Origin: Eledone cirrhosa
Taxonomy: Eukaryota
DNA: 64,000 nucleotides
Reading direction: 5' to 3'
Assembly: GCA_964016885.1 (NCBI GenBank)
Contig: OZ024754.1
Location: forward strand, 3,534,001 to 3,598,000
Part shown: positions 13,886 to 28,174 of the stretch, piece after piece
Numbering within the stretch: the first letter of the stretch is position 1
How the letters are laid out: each line of letters opens with the position of its first letter
Notes under the pieces: model-generated
Told to the model about the DNA's origin: nothing
The model's database searches: none
Seen by the model: only the letters and a program-made list of their open reading frames with translations
Made by a program: the position numbers and the translations under genes

Positions 13886-14274
13886 CAAAATGTCTCCAAA
13901 GTGGGCTTAAAAGACTGATTGTCAAAATAAATCACAAAGTAGAATACACATGAAGAGGGGGGAGGGTAACAGGTGTAAGGCTGGCCACAAGGAACACCAC
14001 CCTCCTCTATCTCCACACCACCCACTCTGTCCCCCACACCCACACCACACCACCACCACCTATCTCCCCCCTCTATCCCCACAACTCCACCCTTACCTAA
14101 GTCATATTTTAATATTCCTGGAGTGGGGTGGGTGTGAAACTAAATCCTTTTGTATAACATGCTGGGGGTGGGGTAGTGGAGGTGTGGGTAGTGGAGGTGG
14201 TGGTTTGGGTATGGGAAGGAGGAGGGGAACCTGGCAGTATTTATACTACTAACTGAACACCAACCATACTACAC

Positions 14275-14962
14275 CACCCCACATTACACCAGCAGTACAC
14301 CCACAACACCACTACACCCCACATCACCACCAGTACTACACCACATCACCATGCCCCACAACACAGCACCACTACACTATACCACCACCCAACCACAGCC
14401 ACTACACTCCACCAGAGGTACCACCAATATTTAGTGTATATAGAACCATTGAAAAGTGATAAGCTTATGATGACACCACCACAGCCACTACACCCCACCA
14501 CCACAGCCACTACACTACACCACCACAGCCACTACACCCCACCAAAGGTACCACCAATATTTAGTGTATATAGAACCATTGAAAAGTGATAAGCTTATGA
14601 TGACACCACACCCCACCACCACCACACCACCACACCCCACCACCACCACACCACCACAGCCACTACACTACACCACCACAGCCACTATACCCCACCACCA
14701 CCAGTACTACACCACCACAGCCACTACACCCCACCAGAGGTACCACCAATATTTAGTGTATATAGAACCATTGAAAAGTGATAAGCTTATGATGACACCA
14801 CACCCCACCACCACCACACCACCACACCCCACCACCACCACACCACCACACTACACCACCACAGCCACTACACTACACCACCACAGCCACTACACCCCAC
14901 CAAAGGTACCACCAATATTTAGTGTATATAGAACCATTGAAAAGTGATAAGCTTATGATGAC
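14275..14962. repeat. Four copies of a ~58-bp constant core separated by variable (CAC)n-rich linkers
   Basis: ggtaccaccaatatttagtgtatatagaaccattgaaaagtgataagcttatgatgac near 14417, 14547, 14738 and 14905. Confidence 0.9.
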
Positions 14963-15189
14963 GAAATTTCAGTATTAATAGTGGGTAGGAAGAGATATTA
15001 CAAAGCTGACACAAAACACTAATCCCCCCTCTCTCTCTCACCTTCTCTTATTCCCCTCTCTCTCTCTCTCACCCACTATCTCTCTCTGTCCTTCTCTCAT
15101 TTCTCTCTTACTCTCCCTCTCAACTAGATTATAAGTTACAGTCAGGTAGCAGCCACATTAATTTATAAATATAGATATACATATTTATG

Positions 15190-15235
<46 letters not shown>

Positions 15236-15276
15236 AAGTGTCACATACACACACATATATATATACACACACACAT

Positions 15277-15307
<31 letters not shown>

Positions 15308-15415
15308 CATACATACATACATACACACACACAAACTGATAATGTTACAGATATACTTGGTCTAGTTTATTAACAACTCACACCATTATCTCTTTCATTA
15401 TATATACACACACAG

Positions 15416-15594
15416 GGGTGGTGGATTGGCAGTATCGGTAGAGGGTCGGACGCCATAGAGTTACGGCCCTTGCCATTCTGAGTTCAAATCCCGCCGAGGT
15501 TAACTTTGCCTTTCATCCGTATGGGGTCGATAAAATAAAGTACCAGTAATGCACTGGTGTTATTGCTGGCCTTGTGCCAAAAGTAGAAACAATT
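15416..15594 (+). mobile_element. tRNA-derived SINE S1, reference copy
   Basis: A-box-like TGGCAGTATCGG, B-box GAGTTCAAATCC, central tgcctttcatcc...ggggtcgataaaataaagtaccag block (resembles a Nin/Deu-type domain from memory), tail gtagaaacaatt. Confidence 0.85.
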
Positions 15595-15751
15595 ATATAT
15601 ATACACACATATATATATATATATATACATGATATACATACCTACACACACACACAGACACTATATATATATATACATACATATATACATAGACACACAT
15701 ATATACATATATATATATATGCATGATATACATATCTACACACACACACAC

Positions 15752-15785
<34 letters not shown>

Positions 15786-15966
15786 TATACACATATATAT
15801 ACACACATATATATATATACACACACACACACATATATATACACATATATATATATATACATACACACATATATATATATATACATACACACATATATAC
15901 ACACATATATATATATATACATACACACATATATATATATATATATATACATACACACACATATAT

Positions 15967-16001
<35 letters not shown>

Positions 16002-16025
16002 TGATATACATATCTACACACACAC

Positions 16026-16061
<36 letters not shown>

Positions 16062-16810
16062 ATATATATATATATACACACACACACAATATATATATAT
16101 ATACACACACATATATATATACACACATATATATATATATATCACTCACATATACATACAGACAGACAAATGAAAATTACATTTGTATATAGATAAAGAA
16201 TGTATATATTTGGTCTGTCTGCAAGAATCAGATAGCTCCAAGATTTCTATTAGACTTATAGTTAATTCTATAATTAAGTTCCACGCCAACAGAATGGTTG
16301 GAGAGCCAGACAGAGAGGGATCTAATCTGATAGAGAACTGGTTAGCTCTGAACAGCTGGTAACACAGACAGACAGACAGACAGGGGAAAGGATGGGGTGG
16401 GGTGGAGGGAGAGGGAGGTAACGGAATGGACAGTCAGACAGAGACATAGTGAGAGAGGGGAGAGAGAGAAAGTGGGGGGGGGTGGACAGTCACACACACA
16501 CAGAAAGGGTAAAGAAACACAGTCACACTGACTGACACACACAGAGAGACAGGCTGAGAGAGAGGAAGAGAGAGAGAGAGAGAGGAAGAGAGAGAGAGAG
16601 AGAGAGGGGGTGGGTGGGTGGACAGTCACACAGACAGACATAGTGAGAGAGGGGAAGAGAGAGAAAGGGGGAGGGGAATGGACAGTCACAGTCACACACA
16701 CACACACACACACAAAGGTAAAGAAACAGTCACACTGACTGACACACACAGAGGGACAGGGAGAGAGAGAGAGAGAGAGAGAGGGACAGAGAGAGAGAGA
16801 GAGAGAGAGG

Positions 16811-16878
<68 letters not shown>

Positions 16879-16879
16879 C

Positions 16880-16923
<44 letters not shown>

Positions 16924-17021
16924 CAGTGGTTGTGAGTGTTTTAAGTAAGTTTTACCCAATGTTTACAAGTGTAGATATGACATGAATTACAAGCTGTAAG
17001 CATGGCTGCACATATACACAC

Positions 17022-17052
<31 letters not shown>

Positions 17053-17145
17053 CACATATATATATATACACACACACACACACGTGTAGACATGCATATG
17101 TATTGTAGTATTGATAAGTATATATATATATATAGGATATACGAG

Positions 17146-17176
<31 letters not shown>

Positions 17177-17178
<2 letters not shown>

Positions 17179-17310
17179 AAAAGGTAAACAGAAATAAGAA
17201 CACAATCGGTACAGTATATGGAAGGTATACATTAGTTAACGCTTGATATAGCAGGAAGAGGGTCTTAACGTTTCGGATGCTAGTCCTTCATCACAAGAAA
17301 GAATGAGAAA
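17177..17310 (-). mobile_element. HH-C family short element with minimal hammerhead (17263-17298), C3 mutated
   Basis: Minus: tctt-GTGATGA-aggactagcatcc-GAAACGTT-aaga; between (TA)n tracts; homologous to 22497 and 47311. Confidence 0.65.
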
Positions 17311-17804
17311 TATATATATATATATATATATATAAATGTGTGTGTGTGTATAATTGTAAACAGTTTTCATTACAACAGTGCAGTAGTGTGGTAGACTGCT
17401 GCATTGCAGCAGTAGACAACTGCACTTCTCAACTGCTGCTGCAGCAGTAGAGATGTGCAGCAGTCTACTGCTGCTATGGCAGTAGAGAGGCAGTGGGAAA
17501 CTGGAAGATTATTACATCATCTGTTTCATTCACTTATTACACACTGTAGAGTTGTATATGGAGAGACTGTGTAGATATCTCTGACACACTGTAGAGTTGT
17601 GTTCAGGAGATACTGTAGATATCTCACCCACTAGAGTTGTATGTGGAGAGTGTAGATATCTCTGACACACTGTAGAGTTGTATGTGAGGAGACTGTGTAC
17701 ATATATATGTCTTTTATTGACTTAACTATTGAGTCATGTGGTGATGATGATGATGATGGTAACAGTGGTGGTGGTGATGATGATAGCTATGTGATAATGT
17801 ATAA

Positions 17805-17915
17805 TAATTGCTTCTACTTTTGGCACAAGGTCAGCAATTATTCCAGTGTATTACTGGTACTTTATTTTATTGACCCAGTAAGGATGAAAAGCAAAGCTAA
17901 CCTAGGATTTGAATG
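17805..17915 (-). mobile_element. SINE S1 3' fragment
   Basis: ttctacttttggcacaaggtcagcaattattccagtgtattactggtactttattttattgaccc. Confidence 0.8.
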
Positions 17916-19078
17916 ACCTTTCTCCAAGAAAACTCAAGGTAGGGGAAAGGGGTATTGGTGTCTAGAAAGACAAACACAGTCTAGATATCAATATATGACA
18001 GAACTGGGACCCTTATCATTAAAAAAAAACCCTCCAAAACTGCCCATGTAATCCAACCTTATGGTTTAAAAAACCAAAAACAAAGGTAAAAGGTCCTGGT
18101 GTTAAAACTAATCCATTACCCAGTTTATGATCACCCCACAAGGCCCTTGAGTGCCATGAAGGGAATCCGCAGGGTTTTCAAGCATTCAGGCCATTTTAGG
18201 GACACCTTGCTCCCTCACAGCAGTCTCAAAGGCCCTGAAAATAATAATGAAATTTGCTGTTTTCAAGCACCTGGGGCCAGGTGTTCAGTTTAAGGAGCTC
18301 CCACCCCTCACTGTCCCCAGTCTAGGAGACCCTGGAAAAAATAATGGGCACTGCCCTTCCGTTGTTGATTAAACAGTAAATTAATATATAAATAAAAAAA
18401 CCAGGTATCAGTTACCTAGCAACTAATTGTAATAAATAGTTATACTTTTTATGTGTGTGTCTATATGTATTTATATGTGTGAATGTGTATGTATGTGTGC
18501 ATGTATATGTGTGTGTGTAAATAAAGAGACCATCACCATCACCGTCATATCCCATTACCACCACCACCACCACCATCACTATCACATCCCCATTACCACC
18601 ACCACCACCATCATCACTATCACCATCACATCCCATCCCATCACCACCATCACTATCACCACCATCACTATCACATCCCATCACCACCATCACCATCACA
18701 TCCCATCACCACCATCACCATCACATCCCCACCACCACTATCATCACTAACACTACCACCCCAACATCACACCAGATATCTGTTTGGACAATGTGGAAGA
18801 ATGCTCTCTGAGTATCAGAACCCCAGACTAAGTAAGGCTAGGGCTTGATTCTTACTGGAGTAAGACCTGAGATAGATAGATAGAGAGAGAAAGAGAGAGA
18901 TAGAGACAGACAGAAAGAGGGAGATCAACAGAGAGATAGCAAGAGAGATAGAGAGATAGAGAGATAGAGAGACAGAGATAGAAAAAAATTTCTGACACCA
19001 AAAGTATTTGTCTGTTGGCAAAAAAAGTGGGCTGCATGTTGGCTGTTACTGAATAATAGGTTGCGTGTGTGTATGTAA

Positions 19079-19113
<35 letters not shown>

Positions 19114-19799
19114 GGTGTGTGTGTGTGTGTAGCTGGATGGGGCAGGGGCGAGAGAGAGAGAGAGAGAGTGTGTGTGTACCTGCTGGGTCTGAGGTGGAAT
19201 AAGATGAAAATGATATGTTGGATGAGTTGGAGGATGTTTGAAGACTTAAGACAGTATCAAATGTTGCCCTGCAACAGGGCGGTGGGGGTCGGGGTGGTGG
19301 TCGGGGTGGTGGTGTTGGGTGGAGATGTGGGGGTGGCGAGTGGATGGAGAAGTGGTGGTGCTGGTTGGTGATGGGGGTTTAGATGGAGAAGTGGTGGTGG
19401 TGGTGGTGGTGGTGGGGTGATGATGGTAGTGATGGTGGTGGTGGTTGGTGATGGGGGTTTAGATGGAGAAGTGGTGGTGGTGGTGGTGGTAGGGTGATGG
19501 TGATGGTGGAGGGGGGGGGACTTGATGGAGAAGTGGGTGTTGGTGGTATGATGGTATGAGGGTGGCTGTGGTGATGGTATGAGGGTGGTGGCTGTGATAT
19601 GATGGCAGCAGTAGGTTAGAGTCAGTCAGAACTGGGTGAGCAAATATGGGGTGGGGGTGGGGTGGGGTGAGCACATATGGGGTGGGAGGGTGGGAGTGAG
19701 GACTGGGGCAGAGTAGGAGAGAATTAGCTGAGAGACAGGCCACAGTCTGACAAATTCTGCAGTTCAAACTTGTACAAGCAAGGTTACCATAAAGGGTGG

Positions 19800-19902
19800 A
19801 GGGTGGTGGTGGTGGTGGTGGTGGTAGTAGTGGTGGTGATGGTGGTAGTAGTAATGGAGGTGGGTAGCAGTGGTAGTGGTGGAAGTAGCGGTGGTAGCAG
19901 TG

Positions 19903-19946
<44 letters not shown>

Positions 19947-20250
19947 GGTGGTGATGGTGGTAGCAGTGGAAGTAGCAGTGGTAGTAGTAGTGGTGGTGGT
20001 GGTAGTAATAGTAGTAGTAGTGGTGGTGGTGGTAGCAGTGGTAGTGGTGGTAGTAGTAGTGGCAGCAGTGAGTGGTGGTAGTAGTAGTGATAGTAATGGA
20101 GGTGGTAGCAGTGATAGTGGTGGTAGTAGTAGTGGTGATAGTAATGGAGGTGGTAGTGGTGGTAGTAGTAGTAGTGGAGGTGGTAGCAGTAGTAGTAGTG
20201 GAAGTAGTAGTGGTGATAGTAGCAGTGATAGTGGTGGTAGTAGTAGTAGT
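19800..20250. repeat. (GGT/AGT)n trinucleotide tract
   Basis: Direct reading. Confidence 0.95.
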
Positions 20251-20526
20251 TATGCCAAGCAAGGGGCGGGGAGAGGGAATGGCTGCTGATAATGATGAGT
20301 TCTAAATATCTCCCTACCCACCCCACTATCCCCTCCCCCTCTCTGTAAGCTGAACTTTGGCAGTGGGCTGAGTTGCCATGTAGAATGCCAGACCAAAATA
20401 TAATAAAGGATATAATAATATTCTTTGAAATAAAGTTTTGAAAATTCAGTAATTCATTAAAGAATTCTGAATCATCGAACAAAGGATGACATTGAAAACC
20501 TGGGAGATTATCTTAAATTAAATAAT

Positions 20527-21085
20527 TTAATCCTTTTGATACCAATATACCTAAAACTGTACTTGGTTCCATGATAACAACATATTTTGATATTAATATA
20601 TCTAACATTATCCTTGGTTCTATGATACAAAACTATTTTGGTACTAATATACCTAAAACTATCCTTGGTTTAAGGATACAAAAGTTAACAAAAATATTTT
20701 GCTACCTACCAATATACCTAAAACTGTCCTTGGTTTAAGGATTAAAAAATTATACCTTTTTGGTACCAATATACCTAAAACTATCCTTGGTTTAATGATT
20801 AAAAAATTATACCTTTTTGGTATCTAAAACTATCCTTGGTTTAATGATTAAAAAATTAAACCCTTTTGGTACCTAAAACTATCCTTGGTTTAATGATTAA
20901 AAAACTAAACCCTTTTGGTACCTAAAACTATCCTTGGTTTAATGATTAAAAAATTAAACCCTTTTGGTATCTAAAACTATCGTTGGTTTAAGGACACAAA
21001 AGTTAAATTCTTTTGGTACCAATATACCTAAAACTATCGTTGGTTTCAGGATACAAAAATATTTTGATATTAATAAACCTAAAAC
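20527..21085. repeat. ~40-50-bp minisatellite derived from a TTAA-MITE end
   Basis: Unit ccttttggtacc(aatatacc)taaaactatccttggtttaatgattaaaaaatta; begins ttaatccttttgataccaa like the 1897 end. Confidence 0.75.
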
Positions 21086-22012
21086 ATTGGATAATGTAGC
21101 TGAAGATATAATGGCGTTGCACATTGAGACAAAAAAAAAATCCTAACAAGGACTAAACAACAGAATCAAATTCCCATTGTCACTGCCTCAGTGTCTGTCT
21201 CTCATGCTCTCCCTATTATAAGCAAATGGGGACCAATGCTCTGTCATCCTGCCCCCACAGCCTCCAAGACAGAATAGAGGAGCCTAAAACTGTCCTTGGT
21301 TTTTATGATACAAAAATATTTTGATACCAATATACTAAAACTGTTTAACAGCAAATTGGATGAAAGGAAAATGTTGACCTCAATGAAATTTGATCTCATA
21401 TTGTTTCTAGAATGTTACTGCTTCTGTCACTGTCACCACCACCATGGCTACACCATCAACACTATCACCATCACCACTACCACCTACACCAGCACCATCA
21501 CATGTCTTCTGAACTACAGGCCACAATAGTAATTCCTTGTAAACAAAGAATGTGGCACTATAGCTACTTACTGATTTAGAAAAATGTATGTGTGAGTGGG
21601 TGTGTGTGTGTGTGTGTGTGTGAGTACTTTGCATATAAGATACATTTCTACAATCACATAAACACACACACAAAAACAAACATGCACAACAAACACACAA
21701 ACATACACACACACAGAAGATTTTAAAAATATATGGGTTCTAGTTTTTATAGGGTATTAAAAATTAATCCCTTTCTTCAATAAGATTTATCAAATGAACA
21801 TCCCAAGAAGAAAAAAAGGGATTAAAATATAGCACCAAGAATTAGAGCTTTACCCCCCCCCCCCAACCCGATATACGCGCGCACACACACACATGTATAT
21901 CAACACACATGCACATACACAGAGCAGATCAAATTATGGGATATCTAGGGAGAACAGCAGAAATTATTACCACTATATCAAGATGGTGGACACACACACA
22001 CACACATATATG

Positions 22013-22063
22013 GGCTTCCTGATGATTTCTCTCGAATGAAACAGTTCTAGTCCCGTAGAAGCC
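22013..22063 (+). ncRNA. Type-I hammerhead ribozyme candidate, HH-B family (element continues to ~22146)
   Basis: ggcttc-CTGATGA-tttctctcgaat-GAAACAG-ttctagtc-CCGTA-gaagcc; 6-bp stem I, GUA triplet. Confidence 0.75.
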
Positions 22064-22148
22064 TTTTCTATATTAAATATTTATACTCTGCTTTGTATTG
22101 AGTATCTTATTTACTGTGGTTACCCCCGATTGAACCTGGGATAAAAAA

Positions 22149-22292
22149 AGAGTCAGGAACCCGATGGCTGAGCTCTGGCCGTTTCGACAGCTAGATCCAT
22201 AGGGGTCCTGACCCTTTTCCTATTACCCACTCTACTACCCTAAGTATTGAGTACTCCGGTGCGTTATGGTGCACCTGGTTCCTTACCATACT
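22149..22292 (+). mobile_element. HH-A family element (inverted arm plus 3' tail)
   Basis: cccgatggctgagctctggccgtttcgacagctag...ttcctattacccactctactaccctaagtattgagtactc... Confidence 0.75.
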
Positions 22293-22496
22293 TTCTTTGT
22301 TATATATATGCAAATCTAGGACCTTCTTACTCCTGTTGGAGAAAGCCCTCATTGATTGACCTCCATCACTTCCTATCTCTAGTCATACTGCACCATGTGG
22401 GGGCTGTTGTGCCATGTTACCTTCGGCTGTCCACTGTTATTCTCCACTGTTTTGATGTCTATTCTGGTGCTTTAATATATATATATAATATAAATA

Positions 22497-22611
22497 TGAA
22501 GGACTAGTGTCCAAAACGTTCAAATCTCTCTTCCTGCTATTTCAAGTGTAAATTAATATATTTCTTCAATGTACTGTGTTATTTGCTTTGTTATATCTGT
22601 TTACATTTTAC
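22497..22611 (+). mobile_element. HH-C family copy, degenerate
   Basis: tgaaggactagtgtccaaaacgttc...ctcttcctgctatttcaag...ctgtttacattttac. Confidence 0.6.
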
Positions 22612-22637
22612 ACACACACACACACATATATATATAA

Positions 22638-22686
<49 letters not shown>

Positions 22687-22688
<2 letters not shown>

Positions 22689-22929
22689 TGTCACGGCAAA
22701 AAACATCCAGCACACACTGTAAAGTGGTCGTGTAGGTACCACAATAAAAAAAGCACCCAGCCTACACTGTAAATGTGGTTGGCGTTAGGAGGGGCATGCA
22801 GCCATAGAAGCCTAACCAGAAACAGTTCTGCGAGAGCAAGACTGGACCCAACTTGCCATAAACCGGACAACCAATCTAAACTGTGCTAACATGGGAAATT
22901 GGACATGAAACAATGATGATGATGATGAT
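22687..22929 (+). mobile_element. S2 repeat copy
   Basis: acactgtaaatgtggttggcgttaggaggggcatgcagcc...(GAT)n. Confidence 0.7.
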
Positions 22930-23096
22930 AATATATACATATGTATATATATATTTATGTAATAAACAACATAAGACAATTATTCCATTTACCAAAGGTT
23001 TCACGAAGACAGATGAGCTCAACAGAGACGTCTGAAATCGCTCATCATAGAGCACTCCCCCTTCCTCCGGAAATACTTCACATATATATATATATA

Positions 23097-23236
23097 TAAC
23101 GAAGGAAATGTGGTAAGGAACCAGATGGACCATAACGCACCAGAGTACTCGATACTTAGGGTAGTAGAGTGAGTAATAGGAAGATGTTTAACCCCGACGG
23201 CAGAGCTCAAGCCGTTAGGGTTAAACATTTTCCTAT
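23097..23236 (-). mobile_element. HH-A family element in (TA)n
   Basis: Reverse complement of the 41459 and 30790 tails; short inverted end. Confidence 0.8.
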
Positions 23237-24639
23237 CTATATATATATATATATGTGTGTTGAAATGGTTTGCAGTATTTTTTAAAATGTGTATCAACAA
23301 CAACACAAGCCAAATAGTATGAGAGTAGAGGGACATGGAAGTTGGTAAGTTGATGGTGTGGGTGGTGTGAGGGTGGTGGTGAGTTGATGGTGAGGGTGGT
23401 GGTGGTGTGGGTGGTGGTAAGGCTGGTGGGAAGGGTGGTGGTGAGTTGATGGTGAGTTGGCGGTGAGGGTGGTGGTAAGGCTGGTGGGAAGGGTGGTGGT
23501 GAGTTGATGGTGAGTTGGCGGTGAGGGTGGTGGTAAGTTGATGGTGTGGGTGGTGGTGAGGGTGGTGGTGTGAGTGGTGGTAAAGGTGGTGAAGAGTTGA
23601 TGGTGAGGGTGAGGATGGTGAAGAGTTGGTGAGGGTGAGGATGGTGAAGAGTTGATGGTGAGGGTGGTGGTGAGTTGATGGTGAGGGTGGTGGTGAGTTG
23701 ATGGTGAAGGTGGTGGTGTGGGTGGTGGTATAGTGATGGTGTGGGTGGGGGTGAGTTGATGGTCTGGGTGGTGGTGAGGGTGGGGTGGAGTAAGTTGATG
23801 GTGTGGGTGGAGGTGAGTTGATGGTGAGGTGAAGAGTTGATGGTGAGGGTGGTGGTGAGTTGATGGTGAAGGTGGAGGTGTGGGTGGTGGTGGTATGGTG
23901 ATGGTGTGGGTGAGTTGATGGTGAGAGTGGTGGTGAGTTGATGGTGTGGGTGTGGTGAGTTGATGGTGGTATGGGTGGTGGTGATAGTGGGGTAAGTTGA
24001 TGGTGTGGGTGGTGGTGTGGATGGTGATGAGTTGATTGTGAGGGTGGGTGGTATGGGTGGTGGTGACTAACTAATAACCAACAGGGTAACAATGCTATGT
24101 CCTAGATGATGACGATGATGGTGGTGGTGAGAGGGCAGTGACTACCATATCACCTGACCCCCCCCCCCTCACCAACAGCACCATGCCCCCCCCCCCCTCT
24201 CACAGACATTGACTGCAAGTTAAATTAACATGCTAAACAAGCAGGGAGGGAAGGAAAAGAGGAGAGGAGGAGAAGTGGGAGGCAAGGAATGGGAAATAGG
24301 GGTGGGGGAGACTGCAAAGGTTAGGTAAAAAAAAGAGGGGTGGGTGTAAAGACAGCCAGCCTGCTGGGGACCCTCTCTCTCCACGTGCACCACACCCACC
24401 ACTAACCCCAACACCATCATTTCCACAGAGGAGGTGTAGAGTGAGAGAGGTGAAGGGGTGATAGACAGATAGATAGAAGGGTGAGCTCCCCCCACCCCCA
24501 TCTAACATGTGCACCACACCCACAGGCAACACCACCACCACCACCACCACCATTAAGGAAGTGTGAGTGTGCAGAGAAGAGAGAGAAAGAGAGAGAAAGA
24601 AAGAGGCAAAGATAGAGATAGAGATAGATAGATAGACAG

Positions 24640-24718
<79 letters not shown>

Positions 24719-24789
24719 GTATATATATATATATAGAAAGAGAGAGAGAGAAGAGAATATATATATATATAGAGAGAGAGAGAAAGAGA

Positions 24790-24910
<121 letters not shown>

Positions 24911-24975
24911 ATATATATAGAAAGATAGAGAGAGAAAGAGAATATATATATATATAAGAGAGAGAGAGAAAGAGA

Positions 24976-25008
<33 letters not shown>

Positions 25009-25012
25009 AAGA

Positions 25013-25075
<63 letters not shown>

Positions 25076-25374
25076 CAGGGATGTAATGGGAGACTGACTG
25101 ACTAGTTTCAGCTCTGGGGAACAACTAGAGCCAAAAGTCCTAATATGCACACAGCCAACCCTACATATGTAGTCACTGCTGGTAAGGGTTAGAGTGATGG
25201 TACTGCAAGTAAGGAGATACAGTGCTGTGCTGAGGGTAACATTATATATCCTTGGCCCCTATCTACCTCCCTACCTCTTTAGTTTAGTTTAGTTTAGTTT
25301 GGTTTTTTTTTGTCTTACTGGTACCTTACTTCATCCTAGCTCTCTTCCTATGTATGTGAGTGTGTAATGGGAGA

Positions 25375-25444
25375 GAGAGAGAGGGTGGTGTTGGTGTACA
25401 TACATGCAAGGAGAGGGGTGGGTGGAAAGCTGATGGCAATGGAC

Positions 25445-25504
<60 letters not shown>

Positions 25505-25562
25505 GGTGTTGGTGTACATACATGCAAGGAGAGGGGTGGGTGGAAAGCTGATGGCAATGGAC

Positions 25563-25598
<36 letters not shown>

Positions 25599-25656
25599 GG
25601 TGTTGGTGTACATACATGCAAGGAGAGGGGTGGGTGGAAAGCTGATGGCAATGGAC

Positions 25657-25696
<40 letters not shown>

Positions 25697-25754
25697 GGTG
25701 TTGGTGTACATACATGCAAGGAGAGGGGTGGGTGGAAAGCTGATGGCAATGGAC

Positions 25755-25800
<46 letters not shown>

Positions 25801-25872
25801 GGTGTTGGTGTACATACATGCAAGAAGAGGGGTGGGTGGAAAGCTGATGGCAATGGACATAGAGAGAGAGAG
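25375..25872. repeat. Five copies of a ~64-bp core separated by (GA)n of variable length
   Basis: gggtggtgttggtgtacatacatgcaaggagaggggtgggtggaaagctgatggcaatggacat. Confidence 0.95.
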
Positions 25873-26154
25873 AGGGGGGGGCTACTGGACCTATACGCAC
25901 ACATATATATATACACAGATACTTGCACACACATACGCATATATATGCATTAACACACACACACATATATATATATTAAATATGCACACACTTACATAGA
26001 TGCAACACACTCACATATATGCATATATACATATACACACATGCATTTATACACATATATATGCTCACACCTACATATATGCATACACACACACATATAT
26101 ACATATATACAATCACACACACATATATGCTCACACCTACATATATGTATACAT

Positions 26155-26187
<33 letters not shown>

Positions 26188-26230
26188 CACTCACACACAT
26201 ATATACTCACACCTACATATATGTATACAT

Positions 26231-26263
<33 letters not shown>

Positions 26264-26307
26264 CACACTCACACACATATATACTCACACCTACATATAT
26301 GATACAT

Positions 26308-26340
<33 letters not shown>

Positions 26341-26350
26341 CACTCACACA

Positions 26351-26392
<42 letters not shown>

Positions 26393-26429
26393 TCACACAC
26401 ATATATATATATATATATATATACACACT

Positions 26430-26461
<32 letters not shown>

Positions 26462-27079
26462 CACACTCACACACATATATATATATATATATATACACAG
26501 AAGAACTACAGTGGTGGTAATTCCGTGCAGCATAAACATGAGCCATTCACTATGGTAACAACTTCCGTTAACAAGAGCACCTTAAGACACCAATAACGAG
26601 ACAAAGGAAACACAGGGGCTAAAAACTGAACAAAAAAAATAAATAAATAAAAATAAAAATAAAGCTGAAATTTTCCCCCTTTTTGTCTTTCTTTTGAAAA
26701 TTGAAACCAGAAAAAAACAAATGAAATCAACAAAAATAACACAAAAAACCCCATAAAAAATATTAAACATAAACAAAATAGAAACCCCTTCCCCCCAAAC
26801 GGCAGAGGACCCATTTCTATATCATAGGGGTGGAAGGGAGTGGCTATAGTCAAATGAGTTAACCCCTCCTATTAAAATGTCGGTACTTTATTGACCCTCC
26901 TCTATTCCAAGAGGATAAAAGTCAAGAACCTGGTGGGATGAGGTTTCATCTTAAAACATTGAAAGATGAAAGTAAATACTGCAAGGCATTGCTCCTTCTT
27001 TCTACTATTTCTGTCACACCATTGACTTTATTCAGAAATAACAGTATACTCAATACATATATAGTAGAGCATTACTATA

Positions 27080-27545
27080 GCTCTTTAGCATTTAAACTGA
27101 CCACACCCGGCCAGAATTCTCTCACCTCTTTCTGTTCAAACCAGCATAACCAGCCACACATACTGATGTTAATGTATTGTTCTCAAAATAAATAATATCA
27201 AAATCTCGTAGATTCGATATTATTTGAGATACTGTATTTCCCATTGTCGAAGACGCTACTTTTTCTTAACCCTTTAATGTTCAAACAGGCCAGAATTCTC
27301 TACCTTTTTCTGTTGAAACTGGCTGTAACTGGTCGCTCAACTGATGTTAACTGGCTGTAACTGGTCGCTCAAACTGATGTTAAGGTATTATTCTCAGAAT
27401 AAATACTTTCAAAATCTCCGTAAGGATGAAAGGCAAAGTTAACCTTGGCGGGATTTGAACTCAGACCGTAAAGGGACGTAACTATGCTAGAAAGCACGGC
27501 GTCCAAAATCTCGTAGATTCAATATTATGTGAGATACTTTACATA
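27080..27545. mobile_element. Two MITE fragments (4914 family), the second interrupted by an internal SINE S1 piece (27419-27503)
   Basis: ctctttagcatttaaac... and ttaaccctttaatgttcaaac...; SINE piece cgtaaggatgaaaggcaaagttaacc... Confidence 0.7.
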
Positions 27546-28123
27546 AAAATATAATAATATACACAAAACAAGAAAACAAAAATAAAATCCAAAAAGTAAA
27601 AAAAAAAGCAACTGTAATATTGTAGGGCAAATTATTTCTTTTTACCCCCCCCCCCCCCACCCCCCCACCCCCCACCCTTTCCATTTCCAACCACCCTTTA
27701 AATTACTGCTGAATCTCTCAGCTCCTCTCTAGTATACAGAGTTGTAGAAGAAGAAGGAGAAGAAAGCAAAGAAGAAGAAGGCAAAGAACAAGAAGAGGTA
27801 GAGGTAGAGAAAGTAGAAGTAAATCTGTGATTCAGGATTTAATTAACAGATCAAAGCCACTGCTAAATAACTCTTGCCGAAATTACAAGGCCTGGCAATT
27901 TCAGCCGCTAATGTTAGTACTAGTGTTGGGGGTAAATTAGGAGCTAAGAGGCTATAGATGCCCTTACTTAAACTTGATAACTGTCCTCATATTAGCTTAA
28001 TCAACCGGGGGAAAAACTCTTTCATTACTCGACACAAGAAACGACACTGTTTTCTAGTTCTCGGTAGTCGGGAAATAAGGACTCGCAACATCATACCCTG
28101 GATAAAGTGTGTTGTGTCTGTGA

Positions 28124-28174
<51 letters not shown>

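Noticed and set aside
14275-14962. CRISPR-like constant repeat with variable spacers (also 25375-25872)
   Set aside because: Spacers are microsatellite length variants, no cas genes, eukaryotic context
15416-15500. tRNA gene
   Set aside because: The A and B boxes belong to a SINE head; no cloverleaf, and it continues into the SINE body
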